Shown: positions 1 through 10,387, numbered from the stretch's first letter. The stretch: DNA of 64,000 bases from Meiothermus sp. (GCA_033762915.1 JANRLD010000015.1:21432-85431); one strand, 5' to 3'. Translations and numbers: made by a program. Notes: a model not told the origin generated them from the letters alone.

Positions 1-743
1 TAGGGCTCGCGGGTCATCTCCCCGCCGGCGATTCGGATCGAGACTTGTTTTCTGAGTTCGGCGTAGCCCGCGTAGTCGCCGCGGTGCAGCGGCTCTTCCA
101 CCCAGTAGACCTGCTCGGCCTCGAGGCGACTCGCCACCTCGACTGCCTTCTCGAGGTCCCACGGCTGCTGGATGTCCCAGGGCATCCGCCAGCCCTGGTT
201 GCAGTCCACCATCAGCTCCAGCGCGTCCCCTACCGCGTCGCGGATGGCCTCGACCACGGCAAGGTCTTGCTCGAGGCTGGGCCGGCCAAAACGCACCTTG
301 AGCGCGGGGAAACCGCGCTCGGCGACGCGCCGGGCGACCCTCACCATCTGCTCTACCGGCCGGTGCACCCCGCTGCTGGCGTATGCGCGAATGCGGTTGG
401 AGTGACCGCCCACCATCTTCCACACTGGCTGTCCACGAATCTTGCCCGCCAGGTCCCACAGCGCCACGTCCATCGGCCAGGGGCGGCCGGCGTGGAACTC
501 GATATTGGAGAGCACCGCGTTGTGGCGCTCGAGGTGCAGCGGGTCCTGGCCGATGAAGTAGCGGCTGTAGTCGGCAAAGCCGTACATGGCGTCGCCCGAG
601 CCGATGCCGACGTGTCCCGAGTCGTCATAGACCCGGACGATGGTGGCGGGGAACTTGGTGCGCGGCTGGGTGTCCCAGGAGGCTGGGAAGGGCGGGTCAA
701 GGGGGAGCTGATGGTGGGTGATTTCGATGCGGGTTATGGCCAT
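1..743 (-). CDS. Mandelate racemase/muconate lactonizing (enolase superfamily) enzyme, 3' end outside window
   Basis: Absent from the ORF track; translated by hand from ATG 743 (GAGG upstream): [24 protein letters not shown]...[10 protein letters not shown]...AYAS...ALKVRFG...MVDCNQGW...WVEEPL...IAGGEM, with D/E/E metal ligands. Confidence 0.9.
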   Translation of the reverse strand, partial: MAITRIEITHHQLPLDPPFPASWDTQPRTKFPATIVRVYDDSGHVGIGSGDAMYGFADYSRYFIGQDPLHLERHNAVLSNIEFHAGRPWPMDVALWDLAGKIRGQPVWKMVGGHSNRIRAYASSGVHRPVEQMVRVARRVAERGFPALKVRFGRPSLEQDLAVVEAIRDAVGDALELMVDCNQGWRMPWDIQQPWDLEKAVEVASRLEAEQVYWVEEPLHRGDYAGYAELRKQVSIRIAGGEMTREP

Positions 744-782
744 GAATAGACCTCACACAGTCGGATGGAGGGTAAATGTTGT

Positions 783-1931
783 TTACCGTCTATAGTCCTG
801 CCAGACCTCGAGGGTTCGGCGGGCCAGCTCGAGCCGCTCGTCTTTGTCAGCTAGACGCACGTTGTTCTTCCACATCGGCTGGTTTTCCGGGGCCTGCATG
901 GTCTGGGCGACGGCCCGCTCACCCATGCGCCCGGTCCTGACCCCCCGAACCGCCTCGGCAAATCCGCTGGCCTTGAGCAGCCGTTTGAAGGCCTGGGGCA
1001 GCTTTTTGGGCTCGACCCCGAAGCAAGCCGCGGCCTGCGCGTACACCCCCTCGTTGCCCTTGAGGTTCCAGGGCAGGGCTGCCTCGAGCGCGACCGTGAC
1101 CGCGACACCGTGGGGGATGTGGTAGAGGGTCCCCAGCGCATGGCCGATGTTGTGGGCAATGCCGGTGCCGCAGTTGTCGATGGCCATGCCGGCCAGGAGC
1201 GCAGCTTCCTGCATTCCCTGCCGGGCCTCGAGGTCGCCGGGTCGTTTGACCGCAGTGGGCAGGTGCTCGATCACCAGCCGGATGGCCTGCAGCGCCATGC
1301 CGGCCGATATGGGGTTGCGCCGCTGGCCGGTGGCGGCCTCGAGGGCGTGGACCAGGGCGTCCAGCCCGGTGGAGGCGGTCACCCAGGCGGGCATGGTGGC
1401 GGTCACTGCCGCATCGAGGATCACCACGTCGGGCAGTAGCTCGTCACCCCAGGTCCACATTTTGCGCCCGTCGGCGTCGCTGACGATGCAGGTGCGCGTG
1501 ACCTCGGAGCCGGTCCCCGAGGTGGTGGGTATGGCGATGATCGGCCGGCGCCCCGCCCAGGGGTTTGCGTAGAGCAGGTAGTGCTCGATTGGGTGATCGG
1601 CAGCGATGACGCCGGCCACCTGCTTGGCAGTATCCAGCGCCGAACCTCCCCCCACGCCGACGACCACAGGATGCCTAAGCTGACGCGCCACAGCGGCGGC
1701 CTCGTTGACCACCCCGACCGTCGGCTCACCCGGCGGGACCAGGTAGTTCGCCCAGCGGATGCCGTCGAGGGTGGACTGGAGGCGCTCGAGATACCCGCCT
1801 TTCGCCACCACCCCGTCCACCACGAAGGCCACGCTCTTCCCGCCCAGCCCACGCACCAGACCCGCCAGCCCGTCCACCGCCTCGCCGCCCACCAGAATGC
1901 GCGGCACCTTCCCCAGTTCGTACGCAGCCAT
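783..1931 (-). CDS. Iron-containing alcohol dehydrogenase
   Basis: GGGSALDTAK, IPTTSGTGSEVT, DALVHALE, AHNIGHALG...HG motifs. Confidence 0.93.
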   Translation of the reverse strand: MAAYELGKVPRILVGGEAVDGLAGLVRGLGGKSVAFVVDGVVAKGGYLERLQSTLDGIRWANYLVPPGEPTVGVVNEAAAVARQLRHPVVVGVGGGSALDTAKQVAGVIAADHPIEHYLLYANPWAGRRPIIAIPTTSGTGSEVTRTCIVSDADGRKMWTWGDELLPDVVILDAAVTATMPAWVTASTGLDALVHALEAATGQRRNPISAGMALQAIRLVIEHLPTAVKRPGDLEARQGMQEAALLAGMAIDNCGTGIAHNIGHALGTLYHIPHGVAVTVALEAALPWNLKGNEGVYAQAAACFGVEPKKLPQAFKRLLKASGFAEAVRGVRTGRMGERAVAQTMQAPENQPMWKNNVRLADKDERLELARRTLEVWQDYRR

Positions 1932-2032
1932 CGTTCTCCTTCGGTTAGTGCTCAGAAGTCAGTTTTAGGGTGCGCTCGCGCACCGTCTAGCTTTGCAATT
2001 TGGTACTGGACGCTCAATGCTCGACTTTCGAC

Positions 2033-3526
2033 TCAATGCAACTCCACCCAGGTCGTCTTTAGCTCGGTCACCTTGTCGAAGGCGTGAAGGCTCTTGTCGC
2101 GCCCGTGGCCGGACTGCTTGTAGCCGCCGAAGGGGGCGTTGATTGAGGTGTGGTCGAAGGCATTGATCCAGACCGTCCCGGCCCGCAGGCGGCGGGCGGT
2201 GAGGTGGGCTTTGGTGATGTCGCGGCACCACAGGGCGGCGGCCAGACCGTACTCGGAATCGTTGGCGATGGCGACGGCCTCCTCGAGGTCGTCGTACTCG
2301 ATCGCCACCAGGACCGGCCCGAAGATCTCCTCTCTGGCCACCCGCATGTCGTTTTGCACGTTATCGAGCACTGTGGGCTCGACGTACCACCCGCCGGTCT
2401 CCTGCAGGATCTGCCGGCCCCCGATGGCGACCCGGGCACCCTCCTGCTGGCCCAGCTCGATGTAGTGCTTTACCCGGTCGCAGTGCTCGGCGCTGATCAG
2501 GGCGCCCAGCTCGGTGGTGGCCTCGAGCGGGTCGCCGGGATACAGGCGCTCGGCCCATGGCCTCACCAGCTCAAGCAACCGGTCCTTAACGCTGCGGTGG
2601 ACGATTAGCCTCGAGCCCGCGTTGCAGGTCTCTCCCATGTTGTACCAGATTGCGTAGGCGACGTACATGGCGGCCTTCTCGAGGTCGGCGTCCTCGGTAA
2701 CGATGTGGGGGCTCTTGCCCCCAAGCTCGAGGCCCACCCGCTTGAGGTTGGACCTTGCGCTGTACTCCAGGAACTTCCGCCCCACCTCGGTCGAGCCGGT
2801 GAACATCACTGCGTCGATGTCCTGGTGGAGTCCGATGGCCTGCCCGGCCTCGTGGCCTAGACCCGGGACCACGTTGAACACCCCGTCGGGGATGCCGGCC
2901 TCCTGGGCAAGCTCGGCCAGCTTGAGCGCCGAGAGGCTGGACTGCTCGGCGGGCTTGAGGATCATCGAGTTGCCGGCCGCCATGGCCGGCCCGATCTTCC
3001 AACTGCTGATGATGAGCGGGTAGTTCCAGGGCACCACGGCCGCCACAACTCCCACCGGCTCCCGTGTGACCATCACTAGGCTTGTGGGGCCGTTGGGGGC
3101 GACCTCGTCGTAGAGCTTGTCGGTGCACTCGGCGTACCACTGGATGGCGGCGGCGCAGGAGGCCACGTCTACGTTCACGCTCTCCTTGATGGCCTTGCCG
3201 GTGTCGAGGGTCTCGAGCAGGGCCAGTTCGGTCAGGTTCTCGCGGATCAGACTTGCCCAGCGCAGCATCGCAGACTTGCGCTCGGCCGGCTTGAGGTCGC
3301 GCCACACGCCCGACTCGAAGGCCCGCCGGGCGGCGACTACGGCCCGGTCCACATCTTCGGCGTCGCAGGCCGCGACCTCGGTGATCACCCGGCCGGTGGC
3401 CGGGTTGTAGGTGGGGAAGGTCCTGCCCGAAAGGGCGTCCACGAACTGTCCGCCGATGAAGGCCTGGCTACGGGGCTTTAGTCTGCTGGCCAAGCTGCGC
3501 CAGTCGGTCTGGGTCACTACGCTCAC
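2033..3526 (-). CDS. NAD-dependent aldehyde dehydrogenase (PuuC-like)
   Basis: [36 protein letters not shown]. Start reset to GTG 3526 after AGGAGG. Confidence 0.93.
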   Translation of the reverse strand: MSVVTQTDWRSLASRLKPRSQAFIGGQFVDALSGRTFPTYNPATGRVITEVAACDAEDVDRAVVAARRAFESGVWRDLKPAERKSAMLRWASLIRENLTELALLETLDTGKAIKESVNVDVASCAAAIQWYAECTDKLYDEVAPNGPTSLVMVTREPVGVVAAVVPWNYPLIISSWKIGPAMAAGNSMILKPAEQSSLSALKLAELAQEAGIPDGVFNVVPGLGHEAGQAIGLHQDIDAVMFTGSTEVGRKFLEYSARSNLKRVGLELGGKSPHIVTEDADLEKAAMYVAYAIWYNMGETCNAGSRLIVHRSVKDRLLELVRPWAERLYPGDPLEATTELGALISAEHCDRVKHYIELGQQEGARVAIGGRQILQETGGWYVEPTVLDNVQNDMRVAREEIFGPVLVAIEYDDLEEAVAIANDSEYGLAAALWCRDITKAHLTARRLRAGTVWINAFDHTSINAPFGGYKQSGHGRDKSLHAFDKVTELKTTWVELH

Positions 3527-3709
3527 GTCGCTGTCCTCCTGTTCCCGCAAGGTGCGGGACGTTTCATAGGTAAACCAATGTTTCAAGCGTTGAGCAAAGG
3601 GTCTGGCTTCGGCGGGTCGGTTTTGACCGGACCGCTCGGCTGCGGTCGGGATAGGTTCCCCCAAATGCCCTTGCGGTCGGTCCCCAGTGGGCATTGCGTG
3701 CTTTTTCGG

Positions 3710-4576
3710 CTATGGGCTACCCGCCGGGCCTTGTGCCGATGGCTTGTTGGCCTCGGCGACCTCGAGGTTTGCCGCCCGCTTCTCCACGAAGCGCCGCACG
3801 TAGTCGTTGGCGGGCTGGGTAAGGATTTGGTGTGGTGTGCCCACCTGCACCAGTTGGCCGTGGTAGAGGATGGCGATCTGGCCGCCGATGCGCAGGGCCT
3901 CGTCGAGGTCGTGGGTGATGAAGATAATGGTTTTGTGCAGGTCGCGCTGAAGCTGCAGGAGTTGGTCTTGCATGTCGCTGCGGATCAGAGGATCGAGGGC
4001 GCTAAAGGCCTCGTCCATCAGCAGCACGTCGGTGTTGGCAGCCAGTGCCCTGGCCAGACCCACCCGCTGCCGCATCCCGCCTGAGAGTTCGTCGGGGTAC
4101 TTTTGCTCATAACCCTTTAGCCCCACGCGCTCGAGCCAGGCCCGACCGGCTTCCAGCGCTGCCTCCCGCTTCTCGCCCCGGGTGGTGAGGGCGAAGGCGG
4201 CGTTCTCGAGGGTGGTCTTGTGCGGCATCAGCCCAAAGCTCTGAAAGACCATGCTCACCTTGTGCCGCCGCAGCTCTTGCAGGCCCCGGGCGTCGAGCTT
4301 GGTCACGTCCTGTCCGTCGATCAGAATCTCGCCCGCACTGGCCTGAATCAGCCCGTTGAAGTGCCGAACCAGGGTCGACTTGCCCGAGCCCGACAGGCCC
4401 ATGATGACAAACACCTGCCCCGCGGGTATGGAGAGGGTCACGTCCTGCAAGCCCAGGGTGCAGCCGGTTCGGCGCAAAACCTCGTCCTTGCCCATTCCCC
4501 CCTGGGCCAGCTTAAGGGCCTCCTTTTCCCTGGCCCCGAAGACCTTGTAGACGCGTTTGACCTCGACTTTGTTCAT
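3710..4576 (-). CDS. Betaine/proline/histidine-type ABC transporter ATP-binding subunit (ProV-like)
   Basis: MGLSGSGKST, LSGGMRQRVGLARAL, LMDEAFSALDPLIR. Confidence 0.93.
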   Translation of the reverse strand: MNKVEVKRVYKVFGAREKEALKLAQGGMGKDEVLRRTGCTLGLQDVTLSIPAGQVFVIMGLSGSGKSTLVRHFNGLIQASAGEILIDGQDVTKLDARGLQELRRHKVSMVFQSFGLMPHKTTLENAAFALTTRGEKREAALEAGRAWLERVGLKGYEQKYPDELSGGMRQRVGLARALAANTDVLLMDEAFSALDPLIRSDMQDQLLQLQRDLHKTIIFITHDLDEALRIGGQIAILYHGQLVQVGTPHQILTQPANDYVRRFVEKRAANLEVAEANKPSAQGPAGSP

Positions 4577-5478
4577 ACCTTCTCCGCCGGTGCGGCCCGC
4601 CGGAAGGGGTTGGGAAAACCCCCGCCCTTGCCCAGGAGTTGGCGGCGCTGCCGCCCGTCCATCCCGTAGGCCTGGGTGATGCGGTCGATCACGATGGCCA
4701 ACAGCACGATGGCCACCCCGCCCTGCAACCCGGTCGCGATCTCGAGGTTGGCTATTCCCTGATTCACCGTCTCGCCCAGCCCGCGCGCCCCAATCAGCGT
4801 CGCCAGCACCACCATCGCCAGGGCCATCATCACCGTCTGGTTGATTCCGGCCATTATGCTGGGCCGGGCCAGCGGAAGCTGCACGTTAAGAAGGAGCTGC
4901 AGCGGTGTGGTGCCGAAGGAGGTCGCGGCCTCGACGGTCTCGCGGTCTACTTGGCGGATGCCCAGGTCGGTCAGGCGGATCAAGGGTGGCAGCGCGTAAA
5001 CCACGATGGCGAAGATGGCCGAGACTTGACCGATGCCCCAAAGAAAGATCATCGGGATCAAGTAGACGAAGCTGGGCATGGTCTGCATCACATCGAGGAT
5101 GGGAAGGGTGATGGCCCTAAGCCAGTTGCTCCTGGAGATCAGAATCCCGATGGGGATGCCGATCAGGATACACAGCAGGGTCGAGACCAGCATCAACGCG
5201 GTGGTGGACATCAGCTTGTCCCACAGCCCGAAGCAGCCCACCAGGTACAAGCACAGCACAAAGGCCGCGGTGGGCAGCCAGCGCCTGGTGGCATGGTAGG
5301 CGATCAGTCCGACGATCAGCAGGATCAGCCAGGGTGGGGCGGCCCGCAGGGTGTTCTCGAGCGGCACCAAAAAGCCCTGGAGCAGAAAGATCTTGATGGC
5401 GTCGAAGATGAAGCCGTAATTGCGCACGAACTCGCGGAAGGCGGCCTCGAGGGGGGCAAAGCTGATGTTGATGAACAT
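4573..5478 (-). CDS. ABC transporter permease (ProW-like)
   Basis: LDVMQTMPSFVYLIP, IRLTDLGIRQV...EAA, IMAGINQT; 4-nt overlap with the ATPase gene. Confidence 0.93.
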   Translation of the reverse strand: MFINISFAPLEAAFREFVRNYGFIFDAIKIFLLQGFLVPLENTLRAAPPWLILLIVGLIAYHATRRWLPTAAFVLCLYLVGCFGLWDKLMSTTALMLVSTLLCILIGIPIGILISRSNWLRAITLPILDVMQTMPSFVYLIPMIFLWGIGQVSAIFAIVVYALPPLIRLTDLGIRQVDRETVEAATSFGTTPLQLLLNVQLPLARPSIMAGINQTVMMALAMVVLATLIGARGLGETVNQGIANLEIATGLQGGVAIVLLAIVIDRITQAYGMDGRQRRQLLGKGGGFPNPFRRAAPAEKV

Positions 5479-5551
5479 GGCTTCCTTTGGGCAAGGGCCA
5501 AGAGCAGGGAGTAAAAAGGTTTGGGCCTTCCGTCAAGGCCGGCCGATCTTG

Positions 5552-5601
5552 GGGGCCAGTGCGCACCGGCTGTGGGCCGGGTGGTTCGGCACACTGGCCC
5601 C
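5552..5601. repeat. Stem-loop between substrate-binding protein and permease genes
   Basis: GGGGCCAGTG (5552-5561) / CACTGGCCCC (5592-5601) inverted repeat. Confidence 0.6.
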
Positions 5602-5630
5602 AGGCTCCCTGCTCTAAGCCCGCTGCCTGG

Positions 5631-6656
5631 CTACCGCAGGCTGGCCTGCACCTTGGCGGCCACGTCCGCGGGTACCCACTTGGTCCACATGGCCTGCTGC
5701 TCGATCAAGAACTCCCGCGCAACCTGGGGGACAGGCTTTTTCGCGTCGCTGATCTCGGAGATCACCCGGTTGAAGAAGGCCAGCGGGAACTGCACCTTGG
5801 AGAGCAGCCCGTTGATGGCGTCGTTGGCGGGGATGGTGTTGGAGACGCCGAACTTGAGGTTGGTGGAGGGGGTGGCAGAGCCGCAGGGCCGGCTGTTGCT
5901 GGCGTCGGTGAGGGTCTTGAAGCAGGCCTCGTTAAAGCGGGGCTCCTCGAGGCGGGTGAAGTCGAAGCGCGACATGAAGCCGGTGGGGGCCCAGTAGTAG
6001 AACACAATGGGCTGGCCCTTCTCGTAAGCGCCGGCGATGGCGGCGTCGAGGCCCGCCCCGTTGCCGGGCTTGAAGTTGACGAAGGCCCGGTTCAGTCCGT
6101 AGGCAACGAGTTTCTGGTTGTTGGTCTTCTCGCAAGCCCAGCCGACTGGGCAGTTATAGAAGCGGCCCAGGGTGGGGTTCTCGTCGTCCTTGAACAGCGA
6201 GCGGTAGCGGACCAGGTCGGAGACACGGCGCAGGCCGGGGGCCATGGGCTTGATGTTGCGCTTGGGGTCGCCCTTGATGACGTAGGTGGGTACGTACCAG
6301 CCCTCTACGGTGCCGCCGTCGAGGATGTCGCCCACCAGCCGGGCCTTGCCGTCGGAGATGCCCTTGTTCACGATGGCGCTCACGCCCTCCCACTGCTCGC
6401 CCCAGACCTGGAGGTCGCCCGCTACCAGCGCGGTCTCGGTGACGGCGGTGCTGCCGGGAACCACCTCGGTCTTGCAGCCGTAGCCCTTCTCGAGGATGTA
6501 GCGCACCACCTCAGTGGTGAACTGCCCGCTCTCCCAGGTGATGCCCGCGAACTTCACAGGCTTGCCCAAGGCGCAGTACGCCGAAGTGCTCTGGGCCTGT
6601 GCGCCCGCTCCCAGGGCAAGAGTGCCCGCCAACAGCCAAACAAGCTTTTTGTTCAT
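5631..6656 (-). CDS. ABC substrate-binding protein, ProX/HisX-like
   Basis: Signal peptide; FAGITWES, EGWYVP, FYNCPVGWAC, FYYWAPT. Confidence 0.9.
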   Translation of the reverse strand: MNKKLVWLLAGTLALGAGAQAQSTSAYCALGKPVKFAGITWESGQFTTEVVRYILEKGYGCKTEVVPGSTAVTETALVAGDLQVWGEQWEGVSAIVNKGISDGKARLVGDILDGGTVEGWYVPTYVIKGDPKRNIKPMAPGLRRVSDLVRYRSLFKDDENPTLGRFYNCPVGWACEKTNNQKLVAYGLNRAFVNFKPGNGAGLDAAIAGAYEKGQPIVFYYWAPTGFMSRFDFTRLEEPRFNEACFKTLTDASNSRPCGSATPSTNLKFGVSNTIPANDAINGLLSKVQFPLAFFNRVISEISDAKKPVPQVAREFLIEQQAMWTKWVPADVAAKVQASLR

Positions 6657-7483
6657 ACTCCTCCTCCAACATCACGCATTGATTCAAGGACCCTCTGTCG
6701 GGGCTCGAACCAGCCGAGCCGCTCAGAGATCTCCCTTGCACCCCATAACAGATGCCGTACCGCACGCTCGCGCCGCTCGGGCTCGGGCTCCTCGGTGGCC
6801 ATGCACACACTCAGGGCCGCCACCGCCAACCCCGAGCTGTCGCGGATCGGCGCACTCACGCAGCACAGGTTGCGCGTCCCCTCCTGGCGGGTAGTGGCGT
6901 AGCCGCGCTCACGCACCCGCGCCAGTTCCTTGCCCAGCTCGTGCCGGGTGGTGATGGTGTACGGGGTCAGTGACGGAAGCGGCTCGTCGCCATAGAGCTC
7001 AGTAAACTGTGCCTCGCTCAACTCCGAAAGCAGCACCTTGCCCACTGCGGTGGCGTAGGCCGGAACCCGCCGCCCGATGAAGGTGGCGGGGCGGATGAGC
7101 TGGGCGCAGTCCACCTTGGCGATGAAGACCACCTCGGCCCCCTCGAGGCGGGCCAGCTGCACGGTCTCATCGATTTCACCCACCATCCGCCCCGCAACCC
7201 GCCCGAAGACCTGCACAATGTCGAGCTGGCGGGCGTAGGCCGCGCTGAACTCCAGCACCCTCGGCCCGATTCGGTACAGCCCGCTCTCCACGTCGACCAG
7301 TCGCTCGGCGCACAGCGAAGCCAGGGTTCGATAGACCGAGGCCTTGGGCGCCTCAGCCCGGCGGCTAACCTCCGAGAGCGTGAGGGGCTGGAAGGAGTCG
7401 GCCAACACCTCGAGGATGCGGACGGCCACGTGAATCGCAGGCGTAGAGGGCTGAGTGGTCATCGAGAACCCCGCTTGTTTCAT
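6653..7483 (-). CDS. IclR family transcriptional regulator
   Basis: N-terminal HTH (LSEVSRRAEAPKASVYR), YATAVGKVLL, VSAPI. Start could be 7462. Confidence 0.92.
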   Translation of the reverse strand: MKQAGFSMTTQPSTPAIHVAVRILEVLADSFQPLTLSEVSRRAEAPKASVYRTLASLCAERLVDVESGLYRIGPRVLEFSAAYARQLDIVQVFGRVAGRMVGEIDETVQLARLEGAEVVFIAKVDCAQLIRPATFIGRRVPAYATAVGKVLLSELSEAQFTELYGDEPLPSLTPYTITTRHELGKELARVRERGYATTRQEGTRNLCCVSAPIRDSSGLAVAALSVCMATEEPEPERRERAVRHLLWGAREISERLGWFEPRQRVLESMRDVGGGV

Positions 7484-7493
7484 GTATGAAACA
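7476..7493. promoter_or_regulatory. Palindromic putative IclR operator
   Basis: TGTTTCAT-GT-ATGAAACA, perfect 8-bp arms, overlapping the iclR start. Confidence 0.65.
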
Positions 7494-7916
7494 CTGGTTT
7501 ATATTTGCTACAAAAAAGTATCCCGGCTTTCAAATGAGAAAGATGATAAGGACTGTGAATACTCAAAGGGCTGCACTTTGTCGTGCCCTGAGATCAACGG
7601 CGACCTCGAGGCGACCTTGTTGAAGCCAAGTCGAAAGACTCCTGCAAGATTCAGGTCGAGTTACACTTCTGGCTGCTTCGTCAGGGTCCAAGGTCAATGG
7701 CTCAACCTGCCCGCGGGGAGTTGGGTCAGGGCTCGAGTACGGCTTCCGCCACTGCGCCCAAGGCAAACCCGGTAACCAATGCCAGTGAGCGATTCGACAG
7801 CTCGAGAGGGGAGATGAGGCTACACCAACCCGGGCTGGTTCCCGAACGGCAATGCCCCAGTCCAAGGGACCCGTTGCTGTGTTTCGGCATGTTCATCCCG
7901 GTTCCCAAAAACATTT

Positions 7917-7939
7917 GGCACGGTGGTGTTTACCGTGCC
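7917..7939 (-). terminator. Putative terminator hairpin after TPR gene
   Basis: GGCACGGT-N7-ACCGTGCC, 20 nt past the stop, with a short T-rich run downstream on the minus strand. Confidence 0.5.
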
Positions 7940-7959
7940 GAGTACCCTTGAGTCCTCGC

Positions 7960-9324
7960 TCAGTTCAGCATCCGACTTCCGCCCATCAGTCCTTTGGCCC
8001 GCTCGGCGTAGCTGCGCAGGGTCTGGTTCCACTCGTCGGCCTCGTGAAGGTAGGGCAGCACCGTCTCGACCCGGAAGACGATCTCCTCGGGGCGGCGGAA
8101 ACCCAGCTGCACCAGCGCGTCCACGGTCATCTGTTGGGCGGTTACCCAGTCCCGGCTGCCTTCCGCAGAAGACTCCGCCGCCAGCGCGTAGTGCTCCAGG
8201 GCCTCCTCGAGGTGCATGAGGTCGTAGGCCAGGTTGCCCAGGATCAGGTTGCCCGCCCCCGCTGCGCCTGCATTCACGGCCTCTCGGGCGGCGTTGCGGG
8301 CCTCCTCGGGCTGGCCCAGCCGGTAGAGGGCCTCGGCAAGGTCGCCCCAGGCCTCGCCCAGGTATCCATACTCCTCGTCGCGCAGCACCTCGCGCAGCAC
8401 GGTGGTGGCCTCGACCAGCTCACCCGCCTCCAGCAGCGCCACCGACAACTCGTGAAGGGCATAAGTGCGGTCGGGCTCATCAGCCCGTTGGACCGCCTCG
8501 CGGAAGGCCGCGATGGCCTCCTGGGCCTGACCGAGTTGCATCAGGGCCTGGCCCTGCACCAGCGGCGTGCCGTGGGCAGCCTCGGCCCCCTGGCGCTCCT
8601 GCTCGAGCGAGGTCTGGATAGCTTCCAGGGCCAGGCTGGGGTTGCCCAGCAGCAGCTGGGCCCTGGCGACCAGGTAGTAGCGCGTAGCCGCGTCCTCGGG
8701 GTCTTCGGCCTCGAGCACGGCACTCTGCGCGAAGTTCAAGGCCTCGAGGGCCTGCTTGCCCTCGCCCGCCTCGACGTACATGGCGGCGGCGTCGATCAGG
8801 TTCCAGTAGCGCTCGAGGCCGGTGGCGTGCTGGGCGGCGTCGCGGTAGGCGTCGGCGGCCTGCTGGGCCTGGCCCATTCGCTCGTAGGCCTTGCCCCGGA
8901 GCGTGTCGGCCCGCCAGGCCAGGAAGGCGGGCAGCTCGAGCTGGTGCCCCAGGATGTCAAGCGCTTCCTCAGGCTGGCCCAGATACATCAGCGCCTGGGC
9001 CTGGTGGTAGAGGGCGCGGGGGTCTTGGGCGTTGGGCAGAATCTGTCGGACTTCCTCCTCCGAGGCCCCCTCCAGCGCCTTCAGCTCGCCCAGAATTGCC
9101 CGGTAGCGCGGGTGAGCCTCGAGGCTGGGAATGGTGTTTTGCCCCTCCTCCAGCGCACGGTGTGCGCCCTCGAGGCCCCCCTCACCGTACAGCGAGTAGG
9201 CCTCGGCCAGCAGTAGCGCGGCCTCCTCGGCCTCGCGCCCCTGCGCGAACGTCATCGTCCGAACCAGCAGCTCGAAGGCGCTGTCGTAGTCCCCTTTATG
9301 CAGTGCTGCTTCGACGGCCTTCAT
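7960..9324 (-). CDS. Tetratricopeptide repeat protein
   Basis: Repeated A/L/Y/G helical pattern (AQALMYLGQPEEAL, AEALYRLGQPEEA). Start 9324 lies 7 nt after TATGAT (leaderless type). Confidence 0.85.
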   Translation of the reverse strand: MKAVEAALHKGDYDSAFELLVRTMTFAQGREAEEAALLLAEAYSLYGEGGLEGAHRALEEGQNTIPSLEAHPRYRAILGELKALEGASEEEVRQILPNAQDPRALYHQAQALMYLGQPEEALDILGHQLELPAFLAWRADTLRGKAYERMGQAQQAADAYRDAAQHATGLERYWNLIDAAAMYVEAGEGKQALEALNFAQSAVLEAEDPEDAATRYYLVARAQLLLGNPSLALEAIQTSLEQERQGAEAAHGTPLVQGQALMQLGQAQEAIAAFREAVQRADEPDRTYALHELSVALLEAGELVEATTVLREVLRDEEYGYLGEAWGDLAEALYRLGQPEEARNAAREAVNAGAAGAGNLILGNLAYDLMHLEEALEHYALAAESSAEGSRDWVTAQQMTVDALVQLGFRRPEEIVFRVETVLPYLHEADEWNQTLRSYAERAKGLMGGSRMLN

Positions 9325-9636
9325 CACTCCCATCATAAAGGAGCGGGGCTTATGGTGTGGGGTGATGGGGGTGAGGACGGGGCGGCAACACCGACAGGTA
9401 GAAACGTCAGAGAGGCCCAGACGAACAGAGGCAACGAAAAGTCGAGGGCGACCCCCACTCGAGTTGCAATGCCCTCTGCTGTTCTTTACGTTACCTGCTG
9501 CCCTCAACCCCCTATTGCCTCTTGGCATGGTGGGGTTGTATCAACAAGTCAAGGGCCCAAAGGGCAAAACCGAAGAATTGGCCCACCTTGTGCGTCTAGC
9601 TTTCAGGCGTGGCCCGATCAATTGCCTTGCTGAGCG

Positions 9637-10287
9637 CTACTTCTTCAAACTCACCAACTCGGTCGTGATGTTCTCCGCCACGCTCTTGACCACCCCTACG
9701 CCCGAGGCGTACCAACTGGTGGAGTTGATGGTTTGGGCGGGCATAGGGCGGTTCTGGCCTGCGACGCTCATGGACATCTTCATGGTCATGGTGCTTTGCA
9801 CCTTGAAGGCCGTGAAGGTTCCGGCGGGCACCTTCACGCTCTCCCGTCCCACCACCTTGTTGCTCACCTGAACATCCGAGGTCATGGTGCCCTGGCCCTC
9901 GGGCAGCTTGGCCCGCATGGTGTAGGCGAACGTCCAGGCGCTGCCAATCGCCAGGCTGCGCGGCACCTGAACGCCCCGGACGTTCACGGTCTCCATCTCG
10001 ATCTGGCTGGCCGCTCCGCTGAAGCTGGCCCCGTTCTGCTCGAGCGCTACCACCCCACCCGCCTCGCAGCGCCACTTGGCCCGCACGGTCCCGCCCGAGA
10101 GCGCAATCACATTGGTGAATCCGCTGGCGGTCACGTTGGTGTGGGTCTGGGTGTAGGTCTGGTTGTCCACGCTCGAGCGGTAGGTCCACACCCAGCCCTG
10201 CTGTACCGGGAAGTAGGCGCTGCCGCAGTTCGCCAGGGCCGTTCCCGCCAACGCCAGCGCCGCCAAAACTCCGAAAAAGGGTCTCAT
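9637..10287 (-). CDS. Secreted beta-rich hypothetical protein (DUF3108-like)
   Basis: Signal peptide; YFP..G..WTY, ESVKVPAGTF, WYASGVGVVK. Confidence 0.75.
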   Translation of the reverse strand: MRPFFGVLAALALAGTALANCGSAYFPVQQGWVWTYRSSVDNQTYTQTHTNVTASGFTNVIALSGGTVRAKWRCEAGGVVALEQNGASFSGAASQIEMETVNVRGVQVPRSLAIGSAWTFAYTMRAKLPEGQGTMTSDVQVSNKVVGRESVKVPAGTFTAFKVQSTMTMKMSMSVAGQNRPMPAQTINSTSWYASGVGVVKSVAENITTELVSLKK

Positions 10288-10387
10288 GCGCTAAGGGTAG
10301 CGCTTCAGGCGTTATAAAAGCGTTATTGTCATATGACGCTTTCTCGGCCGCCTGCCGCAGATACGATAGACAAGCAGTTGAAAAAAG

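Noticed and set aside
45..749. 234-aa plus-strand ORF
   Set aside because: Antisense shadow of the minus-strand enolase-superfamily gene, which has clear motifs.
5487..6902. Long antisense ORFs (also 7852-9216, 10548-11630, 18416-19729, 41017-42120, 47757-48788, 53387-54460, 57560-58843)
   Set aside because: Typical GC-rich shadow frames opposite well-supported genes, with no recognisable motifs.
7494..7916. Possible small ORFs, CRISPR repeat or ncRNA in the iclR-TPR spacer
   Set aside because: No periodic repeats, protein motifs or RNA family I can recognise.
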